From Pristiophorus japonicus (lineage: Eukaryota), in the NCBI RefSeq assembly GCF_044704955.1, contig NW_027252668.1, positions 2,852,001-2,916,000 of the forward strand: a stretch of 64,000 bases of DNA, given 5' to 3'. A model generated the notes under the pieces. It did no database searches. It saw only the letters and a program-made list of their open reading frames with translations, and was not told the origin of the DNA. Positions 38,247 to 51,600 of this stretch are shown here, piece after piece. The position numbers and the translations under genes were made by a program. How positions within the stretch are numbered: the stretch's first letter is position 1; each line of letters begins with the position of its first letter.

Positions 38247-38440
38247 TCACACTCCTGACTTGTGTCTTGTAGATGGTGGAAAGGCTTTGGGGAGTCAGGA
38301 GGTGAGACACTGGCCACAGAATACCCAGCCTCTGACCCGCTCTTGTTGCCACAGTATTTATGTGGCTGGTCCAGTTAAGTTTCTGGTCAATGGTGACCCC
38401 CAGGATGTTGATGGTGGGGGGATTCGGTGATGGTAATGAC
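38247..38440 (-). mobile_element. LINE ORF2 fragment of a different family (CR1/L2 group)
   Basis: INILGVTIDQKLNWTSHINTVATRAGQRLGIL...LTPQSLSTIYKTQVRSVM is a post-RT/thumb region. Confidence 0.75.
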
Positions 38441-38860
38441 TAGGCTTATATTCCCTCGAGTTTAGAAGAATGAGAGGTGATCTCATTGAAACATATAAGA
38501 TTTTGAGGGGTAGGCATTGACAGGGTAGATACAGGGAGGGTGTTTCCCCCCCGGGCTGGGGAGTCTAGAACCAGGGGTCACAGTCTCAGGATAAGGGCTC
38601 AGCCATTGAGGACTGAGATGAGGAGAAACTTCTTCACTCAGAGGGGGGTGAATCTTTGGAATTCTCTGCCCCCAGAGGGCTGTGGAGGTTCAGTCGTTGA
38701 GTATATTCCAGGCTGAGATCGGTAGATTTTTAGACTTGCGTGGAATCGAGGGATATGGGGATCAGGCGGGAAAGTGGACTTAGGGTCGACGGTCAGCCGT
38801 GATCTCGTTGAAGGGCCGAGCAGGCTCAAGGGGCCGAATGGCCGACTCCTGCTCCTAATC
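38441..38860 (+). mobile_element. CR1 3' fragment
   Basis: LGLYSLEFRRMRGDLIETYKIL...MRRNFFTQR...GIEGYGDQAGKW plus 3' UTR. Confidence 0.85.
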
Positions 38861-38861
38861 C

Positions 38862-39425
38862 TTGAACTGCATAAAGCACTGGGTTAGGCCACAGCTGGAG
38901 TACTGCGTTAAGTTCTGGTCACCACATTACAGCAAAGATGTGATTGCACTGGAGAGGGTGCAGAGGAGATTTACTAGGCTGTTGCCGGGACTGGAGAATT
39001 TTAGCGATGAGGAAAGATTGGATAGGCTGGGGTTGTTTTCTTTGGAACAGACGAGGCTGAGGGGAGACCTGATTGAGGTGTATAAAATGATGAGGGGCCT
39101 GGATAGAGTGGATAGGATGGACCTGTTTCCCCTTAGCAGAGGGGTCAACAACCAGGGGTCATGGATTTAAAGTAAATGAGGGGAGGTTTAGAGGGGATTT
39201 GAGGGGAAATGTCTTCACCCAGAGGGTGGTGAGGGTCTGGAACTCACTGCCTGAAAGGGTGGTAGAGGTAGAAACCCTCACCACATTTAAAAAGTACTTG
39301 GAGGTGCACTTGAAGTGCCGTAACCTACAGGGCTACGGACCCAGAGCTGGAGAGTGGGATTAGGCTGGGTAGCTCTTGGTCAGCCGGCACGGACACAATG
39401 GACCGAAATGAATGCTAATGTTCTT
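38862..39425 (+). mobile_element. CR1 3' fragment, second subfamily
   Basis: VRPQLEYCVKFWSPHY...RLRGDLIEVYK; ORF2 ends NLQGYGPRAGEWD* at about 39322-39363. Confidence 0.88.
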
Positions 39426-39679
39426 AAGTATTCTCAGAAACTCCTGAGATCTGTAGATCCACCTCGCTGGCGAGATCATGAGACTGAACCATAACTCTGT
39501 CACTCTCTCCCCGGATAGGGACTGGAAAATCCAGGGGACAGAGCTCGTTTCAGCTGGAGTTGGCCCAAACAGGCTTCAGTGCTCTTTTCATGTCAGTAAT
39601 TACCGAACTTTCGAATTGGATGCCACAAATGACTGAGTCGCATGGAGCAGGAACTGCCCAGCTTCCATTCTCTACCTGA

Positions 39680-42600
39680 GTATCAATCCCAAACTAATCC
39701 CACTGCCCCGCTCTCTCCCCATAGCCCTGTAAAAATCCCAAACTAATCCCACTACCCCGCTCTCTCCCCATGGCCCTGTAAAAATCCCAAACTAATCCCA
39801 CTGCCCCGCTCTCTCCCCATAGACCTGTATCAATCCCCAAACTAATCCCACTGCCCCGCTCTCACCCCATAGCCCTGCATCAATCCCCAAACTAATCCCA
39901 CTGCCCCACTCTCTCCCCATAGACCTGTATCAATCCCCAAATTAATCCCACTGCCCCGCTCTCTCCCCATAGCCCTGTATCAATCCCCAAACTAATCCCA
40001 CTGCCCCACTCTCTCCCCATAGACCTGTATCAATCCCAAAACTAATCCCACTGCCCCGCGCTCTCCCCATAGCCCTGTATCAATCCCAAACAAATCCCAC
40101 TGCCCCGCTCTCTCCCCATAGCCCTGTATCAATCCCCAAACTAATCCCACTGCCCCACTCTCTCCCCATAGACCTGTATCAATCCCAAAACTAATCCCAC
40201 TGCCCCGCGCTCTCCCCATAGCCCTGTATCAATCCCAAACTAATCCCACTGCCCCGCTCTCTCCCCATAGCCCTGTATCAATCTCCAAACTAATCCCACT
40301 GCCCTCTCTCCCCATAGCACTGTATCAATGCCCAAACTAATCCCACTGCCCCGCTCTCTCCATAGCCCTGTATCAATGCTCAAACTAATCCCACTGCCCC
40401 GCTCTCGCTCCCCATAGCCCTGTATCAATCCCCAAACTAATCCCACTGCCCCGCTCTCTGGCCATAGCCCTGTATCAATCCACAAACTAATCCCACTGCA
40501 CCGCTCTCTCCCCATAGCCCTGTATCAATCCCAAACTAATCCCACTGCCCCGCTCTCTCCCCATAGCCCTGTAAGAATCCCAAACTAATTCCACTGACCC
40601 GCTCTCTCCACATAGCCCTGTATCAATCCACAAACTAATCCCACTGCCCCGCTCTCTCCCCATAGCCCTTTATCAATCCACAAACTAATGCCACTGCCCC
40701 GCTCTCTCCCCATAGCCCTGTACCAATCCCCAAACTAATCCCACTGCCTCGCTCTCTCCCCATAACCCTGTAACAATCCCAAACTAATCCCAATGCCCCG
40801 CTTTCTCCACATAGCCCTGTAAGAATCCCAAACTAATCCCACTGCCCCGCTCTCTCCCCATAGCCCTGTATCAATCCCCAAACTAATCCCACTGCCTGCT
40901 CTCTCTCCCCATACCCCTTTATCAATCCACAAACTAATGCGACTGCCCCGCTCTCTCCCCATAGCCCTGTATCAAACCCCAAAGTAATCCCACTCGCAGC
41001 GCTCTCCCCATACCCCTGCATCAATCCCCAAACAAATCCCATCGCCCTGTATCAATCCCTAAAATAATCCCAATGCCCCGCTCTTGCCCCAGAACCCTGC
41101 ATCAATCCCCAAATTAATCCTACTGCCCAGTCTCCCCATAGCCCTGTATCAATCCCCAAACTAATCCCGCTGCCCCGCTCTCTGCCCATAGCCCTGTATC
41201 AATCCACAAACTAATCCCACTGCCCCGCTCTCTCCCCATAGCCCTGTACCAATCCCAAACTAATCCCACTGCCCTCTCTCCCCATAGCCCTGTATCAATC
41301 CCCAAACTAATCCCACTGACCCGCTCTCGCTCCAGAGTCTTGTATCAATCTCCAAACTAATCCCACTGCCCCGCTCTCTCTCCCCATAGCCCTGTATCAA
41401 TCCCAAACTAATCCCACTGCCCAACTCTCTCCCCATAGCCCTGTATCAATCCCCAAATTAATCCCACTGCCCCGCTCTCTCCCCATAGCCCTGTAACAAT
41501 CCCAAACTAATCCCACTGCCCTCTCTCCCCATAGCCCTGTATCAATCCCCAAACTAATCCCACTGCTCCGCTCTCTCCCCATAGCCCTCTATCAACCCCC
41601 AAACTAATCCCACTGACCCGCTCTCTCTCCATAGCTCTGTATCAATCCCAATCTAATTCCACTGCCCCGCTCTCTCCCCATAGCGCTGTATCAATCTCCA
41701 AAAAACACCCACTGCCCCGCTCTCTCTCCCCTAAGACCTGGATCAATCCCAAACTAATCCCACTGCCCCACTCTCTCCCCATACCTCTGTATCAATCCCC
41801 AAACTAATCCCACTGCCCTGTCTCCCCATAGCCCTGTATCAATCCCCAAACGAATCCCACTGCCCCGCTCTCTACCCATACCCCTGGATCAATCCACAAA
41901 CTAATCCCACTGCCCCGCTCTCTCCCCATAGCCCTGTAAGAATCCCAAACTAATCCCACTGCACCGCTCTCTCCCCATAGCCCTGTATCAATCCACAAAC
42001 TAATCCCACTGCCCCGCTCTCTCCCCATAGCCCTGTATCAATCCCAAACTAATCCCACTGCCCCGCTCTCTCCCCATAGCCCTGTAAGAATCCCAAACTA
42101 ATCCCACTGTCCCGCTCTCTGCCCATAGCCCTGTATCAATCCCCAAATTAATCCCACTGCCCCGCTCTCTCCCCATAGCCCTGTATCAATCACAAACTAA
42201 TCCTACTGCCCCGCTCTCTCCCCATAGCCCTGTAAGAATCCAAAACTAATCCCACTGACCCGCTCTCTCCCCACAGCCCTGTATCAATCACAAACTAATC
42301 CTACTGCCCCGCTCTCTCCCCATAGCCCTGTAAGAATCCCAAACTAATTCCACTGCCCCGCTCTCTCCCCATAGCCCTGGAAGAATCCCAAACTAATTCC
42401 ACTGACCCGCTCTCTCCCCATAGCCCTGTATCAATCCACAAACTAATCCCACTGCCCCGCTCTCTCCCCCATAGCCCTGTATCAATCCACAAACTAATTC
42501 CACTGCCCCGCTCTCTCCCCATAGCCATGTAAGAATCCCAAACTAATTCCACTGACCCGCTCTCTCCACATAGCCCTGTATCAATCCACAAACTAATCCC

Positions 42601-45600
42601 ACTGCCCCGCTCTCTCCCCATAGCCCTTTATCAATCCACAAACTAATGCCAATGCCCCGCTCTCTCCCCATAGCCCTGTACCAATCCCCAAACTAATCCC
42701 ACTGCCCCGCTCTCTCCCCATAGCCCTGTAACAATCCCCAAACTAATCCCACTGCCCCGCTCTCTCCCCATAGCCCTGTATCAATCCCCAAACTAATCCC
42801 ACTGCCCCGCTCTCTCCCCATAGCCCTGTAAGAATCCCAAACTAATTCCACTGACCAGCTCTCTCCACATAGCCCTGTATCAATCCCCAAACTAATCCCA
42901 CTGCCCTGCTCTCTCTCCCCATAGCCCTTTATCAATCCACAAACTAATGCCACTGCCCCGCTCTCTCCCCATAGCCCTGTATCAATCCCCAAAGTAATCC
43001 CACTCCCAGCGCTCTCCCCATACCCCAATCCCCAAACGAATCCCATCGCCCTGTATCAATCCCGAAAATAATCCCAATGCCCCGCTCTCGCCCCAGAGCC
43101 CTGTATCAATCCCCAAATTAATCCTACTGCCCAGTCTCCCCATAGCCCTGTATCAATCCCCAAACTAATCCCGCTGCCCCGCTCTCTGCCCATAGCCCTG
43201 TATCAATCCACAAACTAATCCCACTGCCCCGCTCTCTCCCCACAGCCCTGTAACAATCCCAAACTAATCCCACTGCCCTCTCTCCCCATAGCCCTGTATC
43301 AATCCCCAAACTAATCCCACTGCCCCGCTCTCTCTCCATAGCCCTGTATCAATCCCAATCTAATTCCACTGCCCCGCTCTCCCGCCATAGCCCTGTAACG
43401 ATCCCAAACTAATCCCAATGCCCCGATCTCTCCCCATAGCCCTGTATCAATCCCAAACTAATCCCACTGGCCCGCTCTCTCCCCATAGCCCTGTATCAGT
43501 CCCAAACTAATCCCACTGCCACACTCTCTCCCCATAGCCCTGTATCAATCCCCAAACTAATCCCACTGCCCTGTCTCCCCATAGCCCTGTATCAATCCCA
43601 AAACTAATCCCACTGCCCCGCTCTCTCCCCATACCTCTGTATAAATCCACAAACTAATCCCACTGCCCCGCTCTCTCCCCACAGCCCTGTAAAAATCCCA
43701 AACTAATCCCACTGCCCCGCTCTCTCCCCATAGCACTGTATCAATCCCCAAACTAATCCCACTGCCCCACTCTCTCCCCATAGACCTGTATCAATCCCCA
43801 AACTAATCCCACTGCCCCGCTCTCTCCCCATAGCCCTGTATCAATCCCCAAACTAATCCCACTGCCCCACTATCTCCCCATAGCCCTGTATCAATCCCAA
43901 ACAAATCCCACTGCCCCGCTCTCTCTCCATAGCCCTGTATCAATCCCAATCTAATTCCACTGCCCCGCTCTCCCGCCATAGCCCTGTAACGATCCCAAAC
44001 TAATCCCAATGCCCCGATCTCTCCCCATAGCCCTGTATCAATCCCAAACTAATCCCACTGCCCCACTCTCTCTCTCCCCATAGACCTGTATCAATCCCCA
44101 AACTAATCCCACTGCCCCGCGCTCTCCCCAGAGCCCTGCATCAATCCCAAACTAATCCCCCTGCCCCGCTCTCTCCCCATAGCCCTGTATCAATACCAAA
44201 CTAATCCCACTGCCCCGCTCTCTCCCCATAGCCCTGTATCAATCCCCAAACTAATCCCACTGCCCCACTCTCTCCCCATAGACCTGTATCAATCCCCAAA
44301 CTAATCCCACTGCCCCGCGCTCTCCCCATAGCCCTGTATCAATCCCCAAACTAACCTCACTGCCCCGCTCTATCCCCATACTAATCCCACTGCCCCGCTC
44401 TCTCCCCACAGCCCTGTATCAATCCCAAACTAATCCCACTGCCCCGCTCTCTCCCCATAGCCCTGTATCAATCTCCAAACTAATCCCACTGCCCTCTCTC
44501 CCCATAGCACTGTATCAATCCCAAACTAATCCCACTGCCTCGCTCTCTCCCCATAGCCCTGTAACAATCCCAAACTAATCCCACTGTCCTCTCTCCCCAT
44601 AGCCCTGTATGAATCCCCAAACTAATCCCACTGCCCCGCTATCTCCCCATAGCCCTGTTTCAATCTCCAAACTAAACCCACTGCCCCGCTCTCTCTCCCC
44701 AAAGCACTGCATCAATCCCAAACTAATCCCACTGCCCCACTCTCTCCCCATACCCCTGTATCAATCCCCAAACTAATACCACTGCCCTGTCTCCCCATAG
44801 CACTGTATCAATCCCCAAACTAATCCCACTGCCCCGCTCTCTCCCCATACCATTGTATCAATCCACAAACTAATCCCACTGCCCCGCTCTCTCCCCATAG
44901 CCCTGTAAGAATCCCAAACTAATCCCTCTCCCAGCGCTCTCCCCATACCCCTGTATCAATCCCCAAACGAATCCCATCGCCCTGCATCAATCCCTAAAAT
45001 AATCCCAATGCCCCGCTCTCGCCCCAGAGCCCTGTATCAATCCCCAAATTTATCCTACTGCCCAGTCTCCCCATAGCCCTGTATCAATCCCCAAACTAAT
45101 CCCGCTGCCCCGCTCTCTGCCCATAGCCCTGTATCAATCCACAAACTAATCCCACTGCCCCGCTCTCTCCCCATAGCCCTGTAACAATCCCAAACTAATC
45201 CCACTGCCCTCTCTCCCCATAGCCCTGTATCAATCCCCAAACTAATCCCACTGCCCCGCTCTCGCTCCAGAGCCCTGTATCAATCTCCAAACTAATCCCA
45301 CTGCCAGCTCTCTCTCCCCATAGCCCTGTATCAATCCCAAACTAATCCCACTGCCCAACTCTCTCCCCATAGCCCTGTATCAATCCCCAAACTAATCCCA
45401 CTGCCCCGCTCTCTCCCCATAGCCCTGTAACAATCCCAAACGAATCCCACTGCCCTCTCTCCCCATAGCCCTGTATCAATCCCCAAACTAATCCCACTGC
45501 TCCGCTCTCCCGCCATAGACCTGTAACGATCCCAAACTAATCCCACTGCCCCGATCTCTCCCCATAGCCCTGTATCAATCCCAAACTAATCCCACTGGCC

Positions 45601-48600
45601 CGCTCTCTCCCCATAGCCGTGTATCAGTCCCAAACTAATCCCACTGCCCCACACTCTCCCCATAGCCCTGTATCAATCCCCAAACTAATCCCATTGCCCT
45701 GTCTCCCCATAGCCCTGTATCAATCCCAAAACTAATCCCACTGCCCCGCTCTCTCCCCATACCCCTGTATAAATCCCCAAACTAATCCCAGTGCCCCGCT
45801 CTCTCCGCATAGCCCTGTATCTATCCCCAAACTAATCCCACTTCCCCGCTATCACCCCATAGCCCTGTAACAATCCCCAAACTAATCCCACTGCCCTGTC
45901 TTCCCACAGCCCTGTATCAATCCCCAAACTAATCCCACAGCCCCGCTCTCTCCCCATACCCGTGTATCAATCTACAAACTAATCCCACTGCCCCGCTCTC
46001 TCCCGATAGCCCTGTAACAATCCCAAACTAATCCCACTGCCCTGCTCTCTCCCCATAGCCCTGTACCAATCTCCAAACTAATCCCACTGCCCCGCTCTCT
46101 CCCCATAGCCCTGTAACAATCCCAAACTAATCCCACTGCCCCGCTCGCTCTCCCCATAGCCCTGCATCAATCCCCAAACTAATCACACTGCACTCTCTTC
46201 CCATAGCCCTGTATCAATCACCAAACTAATCCCACTGCCCTCTCTCCCCATAGCCCTGTATCAATCCCCAAACTAATCACACTACCCTCTCTCCCCATAG
46301 CCCTGTATCAATCACCAAACTAATCCCACTGCCCTCTCTCCCCATAGCCATGTATCAATCCCAATCTAATTCCACTGCCCCGCTCTCCCGCCATAGCCCT
46401 GTAACGATCCCAAAGTAATCCCACTTCCCCGCTCTCTCCCCATAGCCCTGTAATAATCCCAAACTAATCCCACTGGCCCGCTCTCTCCCCATAGCCCTGT
46501 ATCAATCCCAAACTAATCCCACTGCCCCACTCTCTCCCCATAGCCCTGTATCAATCCCCAAACTAATCCCACTGCCCTGTCTCCCTATAGCCCTGTATCA
46601 ATCCCCAAACGAATCCCACTGGCCCGCTCTCTCCCCATAGCCCTGTAACAATCCCAAACTAATCCCACTGTCCTTCTCTCTATCCATAGCTCTATATCAA
46701 TCTCAAACCAATCCCACTTCCACAGACTCTCCCGCCATAGCCCTGTATCAATCCCAAACTAATCCCACTGCCCCGCTCTCTCCCCATAGCCCTGTAACAA
46801 TCCCAAACTAATCCCACTGTCCTTCTCTCTCTCCACAGCTCTATATCAATCTCAAACCAATCCCACTTCCACACTCTCTCCCCATAGCCCTGTATCAATC
46901 CCCAAACTAATCACACTACCCTCTCTCCCCATAGCCCTGTATCAATCCCCAAACTAATCCCACTGCCCCGCTCTCTCCCCAGAGACCTGTATCAATCCCG
47001 AAACTAATCCCACTGCCCCGCTCTCTCCCCAGAGCCCTGTATCAATCACGAAACTAATCCCACTGCCGCACTCTCTCCCCATAGCCCTGTACCAATCCCA
47101 AACTAATCTCACTGCCCCGCTCTCTACCCGTAGCCCTGTATCAATCCCCAAACTAATCCCACTGCCCCGCGCTCTCCCCAGAGCCCTGTATCAATTCCGA
47201 AACTAATCCCACTGCCCCGCTCTCTCCCCATAGCCCTGTACCAATCCCAAACTAATCCCACTGCCCCGCTCTCAACCCGTAGCCCTGTATCAATCCCCAA
47301 ACTAATCCCACTGCCCTGTCTCCCCATAGCACTGTATCAATCCCCAAACTAATCCCACTGCCCCGCTCTCTCCCCATAGCCGTGTAACAATCCCAAACTA
47401 ATTCCACTGCCCTGCTCTCTCCCCATAGCCTGTAACAAACCCAAACTAATCCCACTGTCCTTCTCTCTCTCCATAGCCCTATATCAATCACAAACCAATC
47501 CCACTTCCCCACTCGCTCCTCATACCCCTGTATCAATCCCCAAACTAATCCCACTGCCCCGCTCTCTCCCCATAGCCCTGTATCAATCCCCAAACTAATT
47601 CCACTGCCCCGCTCTCTCCCCATAGCCCTGTAACAATCCCAAACTAATCCCACTGCCCCGCTCTCTCCCCATAGCCCTGTAACAATCCCAAACTAATCAC
47701 ACTGCCCCGCTTTCTCCCCATAGCCCTGTAAGAATCCCAAACTAATCCGACTGCCCCACTCTCTCCCCATAGTCCTGTATCAATCCCCAAACTAATCCCA
47801 CTGCCCCGATCTCCCCCCATCGCCCTGTATCAATGCACAAACTACTCCCACTGCCCCGCTCTCTCCCCATAGCCCTGTATCAATCCCAAACTAATCCCAC
47901 TGCCTCGCTCTCTCCCCATAGCCCTGTAACAATCCCAAACTAATCCCTCTGTACTCTCTCCCCATAGCCCTGTATCAATCTCCAAACTAATCCCACTGCC
48001 CCGCTCTCTCCCCAGAGCCCTGTATCAATCCCCAAACTAATCCCACTGCCCCGCTCTCTCCCCAGAGCCCTGTATCAATCCCCAAACTAATCCCACTGCC
48101 CCGCTCTCTCCCCATAGCCCTGTAAAAATCCCAAACTAATCCCACTGCCCCGCTTTCTCCCCATAGCCCTGTAAGAATCCCAAACTAATCCCACTGCCCC
48201 GCTCTCTCCCCATAGCCCTGTATCAATCCCAAACCAATCCCACTGCCCCGCACTCTCCCCATAACCCTGTATCAATCCCCAAACTAATCCCACTGCCCCA
48301 CTCTCTCCCCATAGCCCTGTATCAATCCCCAAACTAATCCCACTGCCCCGCTCTCTCCCCATAGCCCTGTAGCAATCCCAAACTAATCCCACTGCCCCGC
48401 TCTCTACCCATAGCCCTGTATCAATCCCCAAAGTCATCCCACTCCCAGCGCTCTCCCCGTAGCCCTGTATCAATCCCCAAACGAATCCCATCGCCCTGTA
48501 TCAATCCCTAAAATAATCCCACTGCCCCGCTCTCGCCCCAGAGCCCTGTATCAATCCCCAAACTAATCCTACTTCCCAGTCTCCCCATAGTCCTGTATCA

Positions 48601-51600
48601 ATCCCCAAACTAATCCCGCTGACCCGCTCTCTGCCCATAGCCCTGTATCAATCCACAAACTAATCCCACTGCCCCGCTCTCTCCCCATAGCCCTGTAACA
48701 ATCCCAAACTAATCCCACTGCCCTCTCTCCCCATAGCCCTGTATCAATCCCCAAACTAATCCCACTGTCCCGCTCTCGCCCCAGAGCCCTGCATCCATCT
48801 CCAAACTAATCCCACTGCCCCGCTCTCTCTCCCCATAGCCCTGTATCAATCCCCAAACTAATACGACTGCCCCGCTCTCTCCCCATAGCCTTGTAACAAT
48901 CCCAAACTAATCCCACTGCCCCGCTCTCTCCCCATAGCCCTGTATCAATCCCAAACTAATCCCACTGCCCCACTCTCTCCCCATAGCCCTGTAACAATCC
49001 CAAACTAATCCCACTGTCCTTCTCTCCCCATAGCCCTGTATCAATCACCAAACTAATCCCACTGCCCTCTCTCCCCATAGCACTGTATCAATCCCCAAAC
49101 TAATCCCACTGCCCCGCTCTCTCCCCATAGCCCTGTAACAATCCCAAACTAATCCCACTGTCCTTCTCTCTCTCCATAGCCCTGTAACAATCCACAAACT
49201 AATCTCACTGACCCGCTCTCTCCCCATAGCCCTGTATCAATCCCAATCTAATTCCACTGCCCCGCTCTCCCGCCATAGCCCTGTAACGATCCCAAACTAA
49301 TCCCACTTCCCCGCTCTCTCCCCATAGCCCTGTAACAATCCCAAACGAATCCCACTGCCCCACTCTCTCCCCATAGCCCTGTATCAATCCCCAAACTAAT
49401 CCCACTGCCCTGTCTCCCCATAGCCCTGTATGAATCCCAAACTAATCCCACAGCCCCGCTCTCTCCCCATAGCCCTGTAACAATCCCAAACTAATCCCAC
49501 TGTCCTTCTCTCTCTCCATAGCTCTATATCAATCTCAAACCAATCCCACTTCCACACTCTCTCCCCATAGCCCTGTATCAATCCCCAAACTAATCACACT
49601 ACCCTCTCTCCCCATAGCCCTGTATCAATCCCCAAACTAATCCCACTGCCCCGCTCTCTCCCCATAGCCCTGTAGCAATCCCAAACTAATCCCACTGCCC
49701 CGCTCTCTCCCCATAGCCCTGTATCAATCCCCAAACTAATCCCACTGCCGTCTCTCCTCATAGCCCTGTAGCAATCCCAAACTAATCCCACTGCCCCGCT
49801 CTCTCCCCATAGCCCTGTATCAATCCCCAAACTAATCCCACTGCCCCACTCTCTCCCCATAGACCTGTATCAATCCCAAAACTAATCCCACTGCCCCGCG
49901 CTCTCCCCATAGCCCTGTATCAATCCCAAACTAATCCCACTGCCCCGCTCTCTCCCCATAGCCCTGTATCAATCTCCAAACTAATCCCACTGCCCTCTCT
50001 CCCCATAGCACTGTATCAATGCCCAAACTAATCCCACTGCCCCGCTCTCTCCATAGCCCTGTATCAATGCTCAAACTAATCCCACTGCCCCGCTCTCGCT
50101 CCCCATAGCCCTGTATCAATCCCCAAACTAATCCCACTGCCCCGCTCTCTGGCCATAGCCCTGTATCAATCCACAAACTAATCCCACTGCACCGCTCTCT
50201 CCCCATAGCCCTGTATCAATCCCAAACTAATCCCACTGCCCCGCTCTCTCCCCATAGCCCTGTAAGAATCCCAAACTAATTCCACTGACCCGCTCTCTCC
50301 ACATAGCCCTGTATCAATCCACAAACTAATCCCACTGCCCCGCTCTCTCCCCATAGCCCTTTATCAATCCACAAACTAATGCCACTGCCCCGCTCTCTCC
50401 CCATAGCCCTGTACCAATCCCCAAACTAATCCCACTGCCTCGCTCTCTCCCCATAACCCTGTAACAATCCCAAACTAATCCCAATGCCCCGCTTTCTCCA
50501 CATAGCCCTGTAAGAATCCCAAACTAATCCCACTGCCCCGCTCTCTCCCCATAGCCCTGTATCAATCCCCAAACTAATCCCACTGCCTGCTCTCTCTCCC
50601 CATACCCCTTTATCAATCCACAAACTAATGCGACTGCCCCGCTCTCTCCCCATAGCCCTGTATCAAACCCCAAAGTAATCCCACTCGCAGCGCTCTCCCC
50701 ATACCCCTGCATCAATCCCCAAACAAATCCCATCGCCCTGTATCAATCCCTAAAATAATCCCAATGCCCCGCTCTTGCCCCAGAACCCTGCATCAATCCC
50801 CAAATTAATCCTACTGCCCAGTCTCCCCATAGCCCTGTATCAATCCCCAAACTAATCCCGCTGCCCCGCTCTCTGCCCATAGCCCTGTATCAATCCACAA
50901 ACTAATCCCACTGCCCCGCTCTCTCCCCATAGCCCTGTACCAATCCCAAACTAATCCCACTGCCCTCTCTCCCCATAGCCCTGTATCAATCCCCAAACTA
51001 ATCCCACTGACCCGCTCTCGCTCCAGAGTCTTGTATCAATCTCCAAACTAATCCCACTGCCCCGCTCTCTCTCCCCATAGCCCTGTATCAATCCCAAACT
51101 AATCCCACTGCCCAACTCTCTCCCCATAGCCCTGTATCAATCCCCAAATTAATCCCACTGCCCCGCTCTCTCCCCATAGCCCTGTAACAATCCCAAACTA
51201 ATCCCACTGCCCTCTCTCCCCATAGCCCTGTATCAATCCCCAAACTAATCCCACTGCTCCGCTCTCTCCCCATAGCCCTCTATCAATCCCCAAACTAATC
51301 CCACTGACCCGCTCTCTCTCCATAGCTCTGTATCAATCCCAATCTAATTCCACTGCCCCGCTCTCTCCCCATAGCGCTGTATCAATCTCCAAAAAACACC
51401 CACTGCCCCGCTCTCTCTCCCCTAAGACCTGGATCAATCCCAAACTAATCCCACTGCCCCACTCTCTCCCCATACCTCTGTATCAATCCCCAAACTAATC
51501 CCACTGCCCTGTCTCCCCATAGCCCTGTATCAATCCCCAAACGAATCCCACTGCCCCGCTCTCTACCCATACCCCTGGATCAATCCACAAACTAATCCCA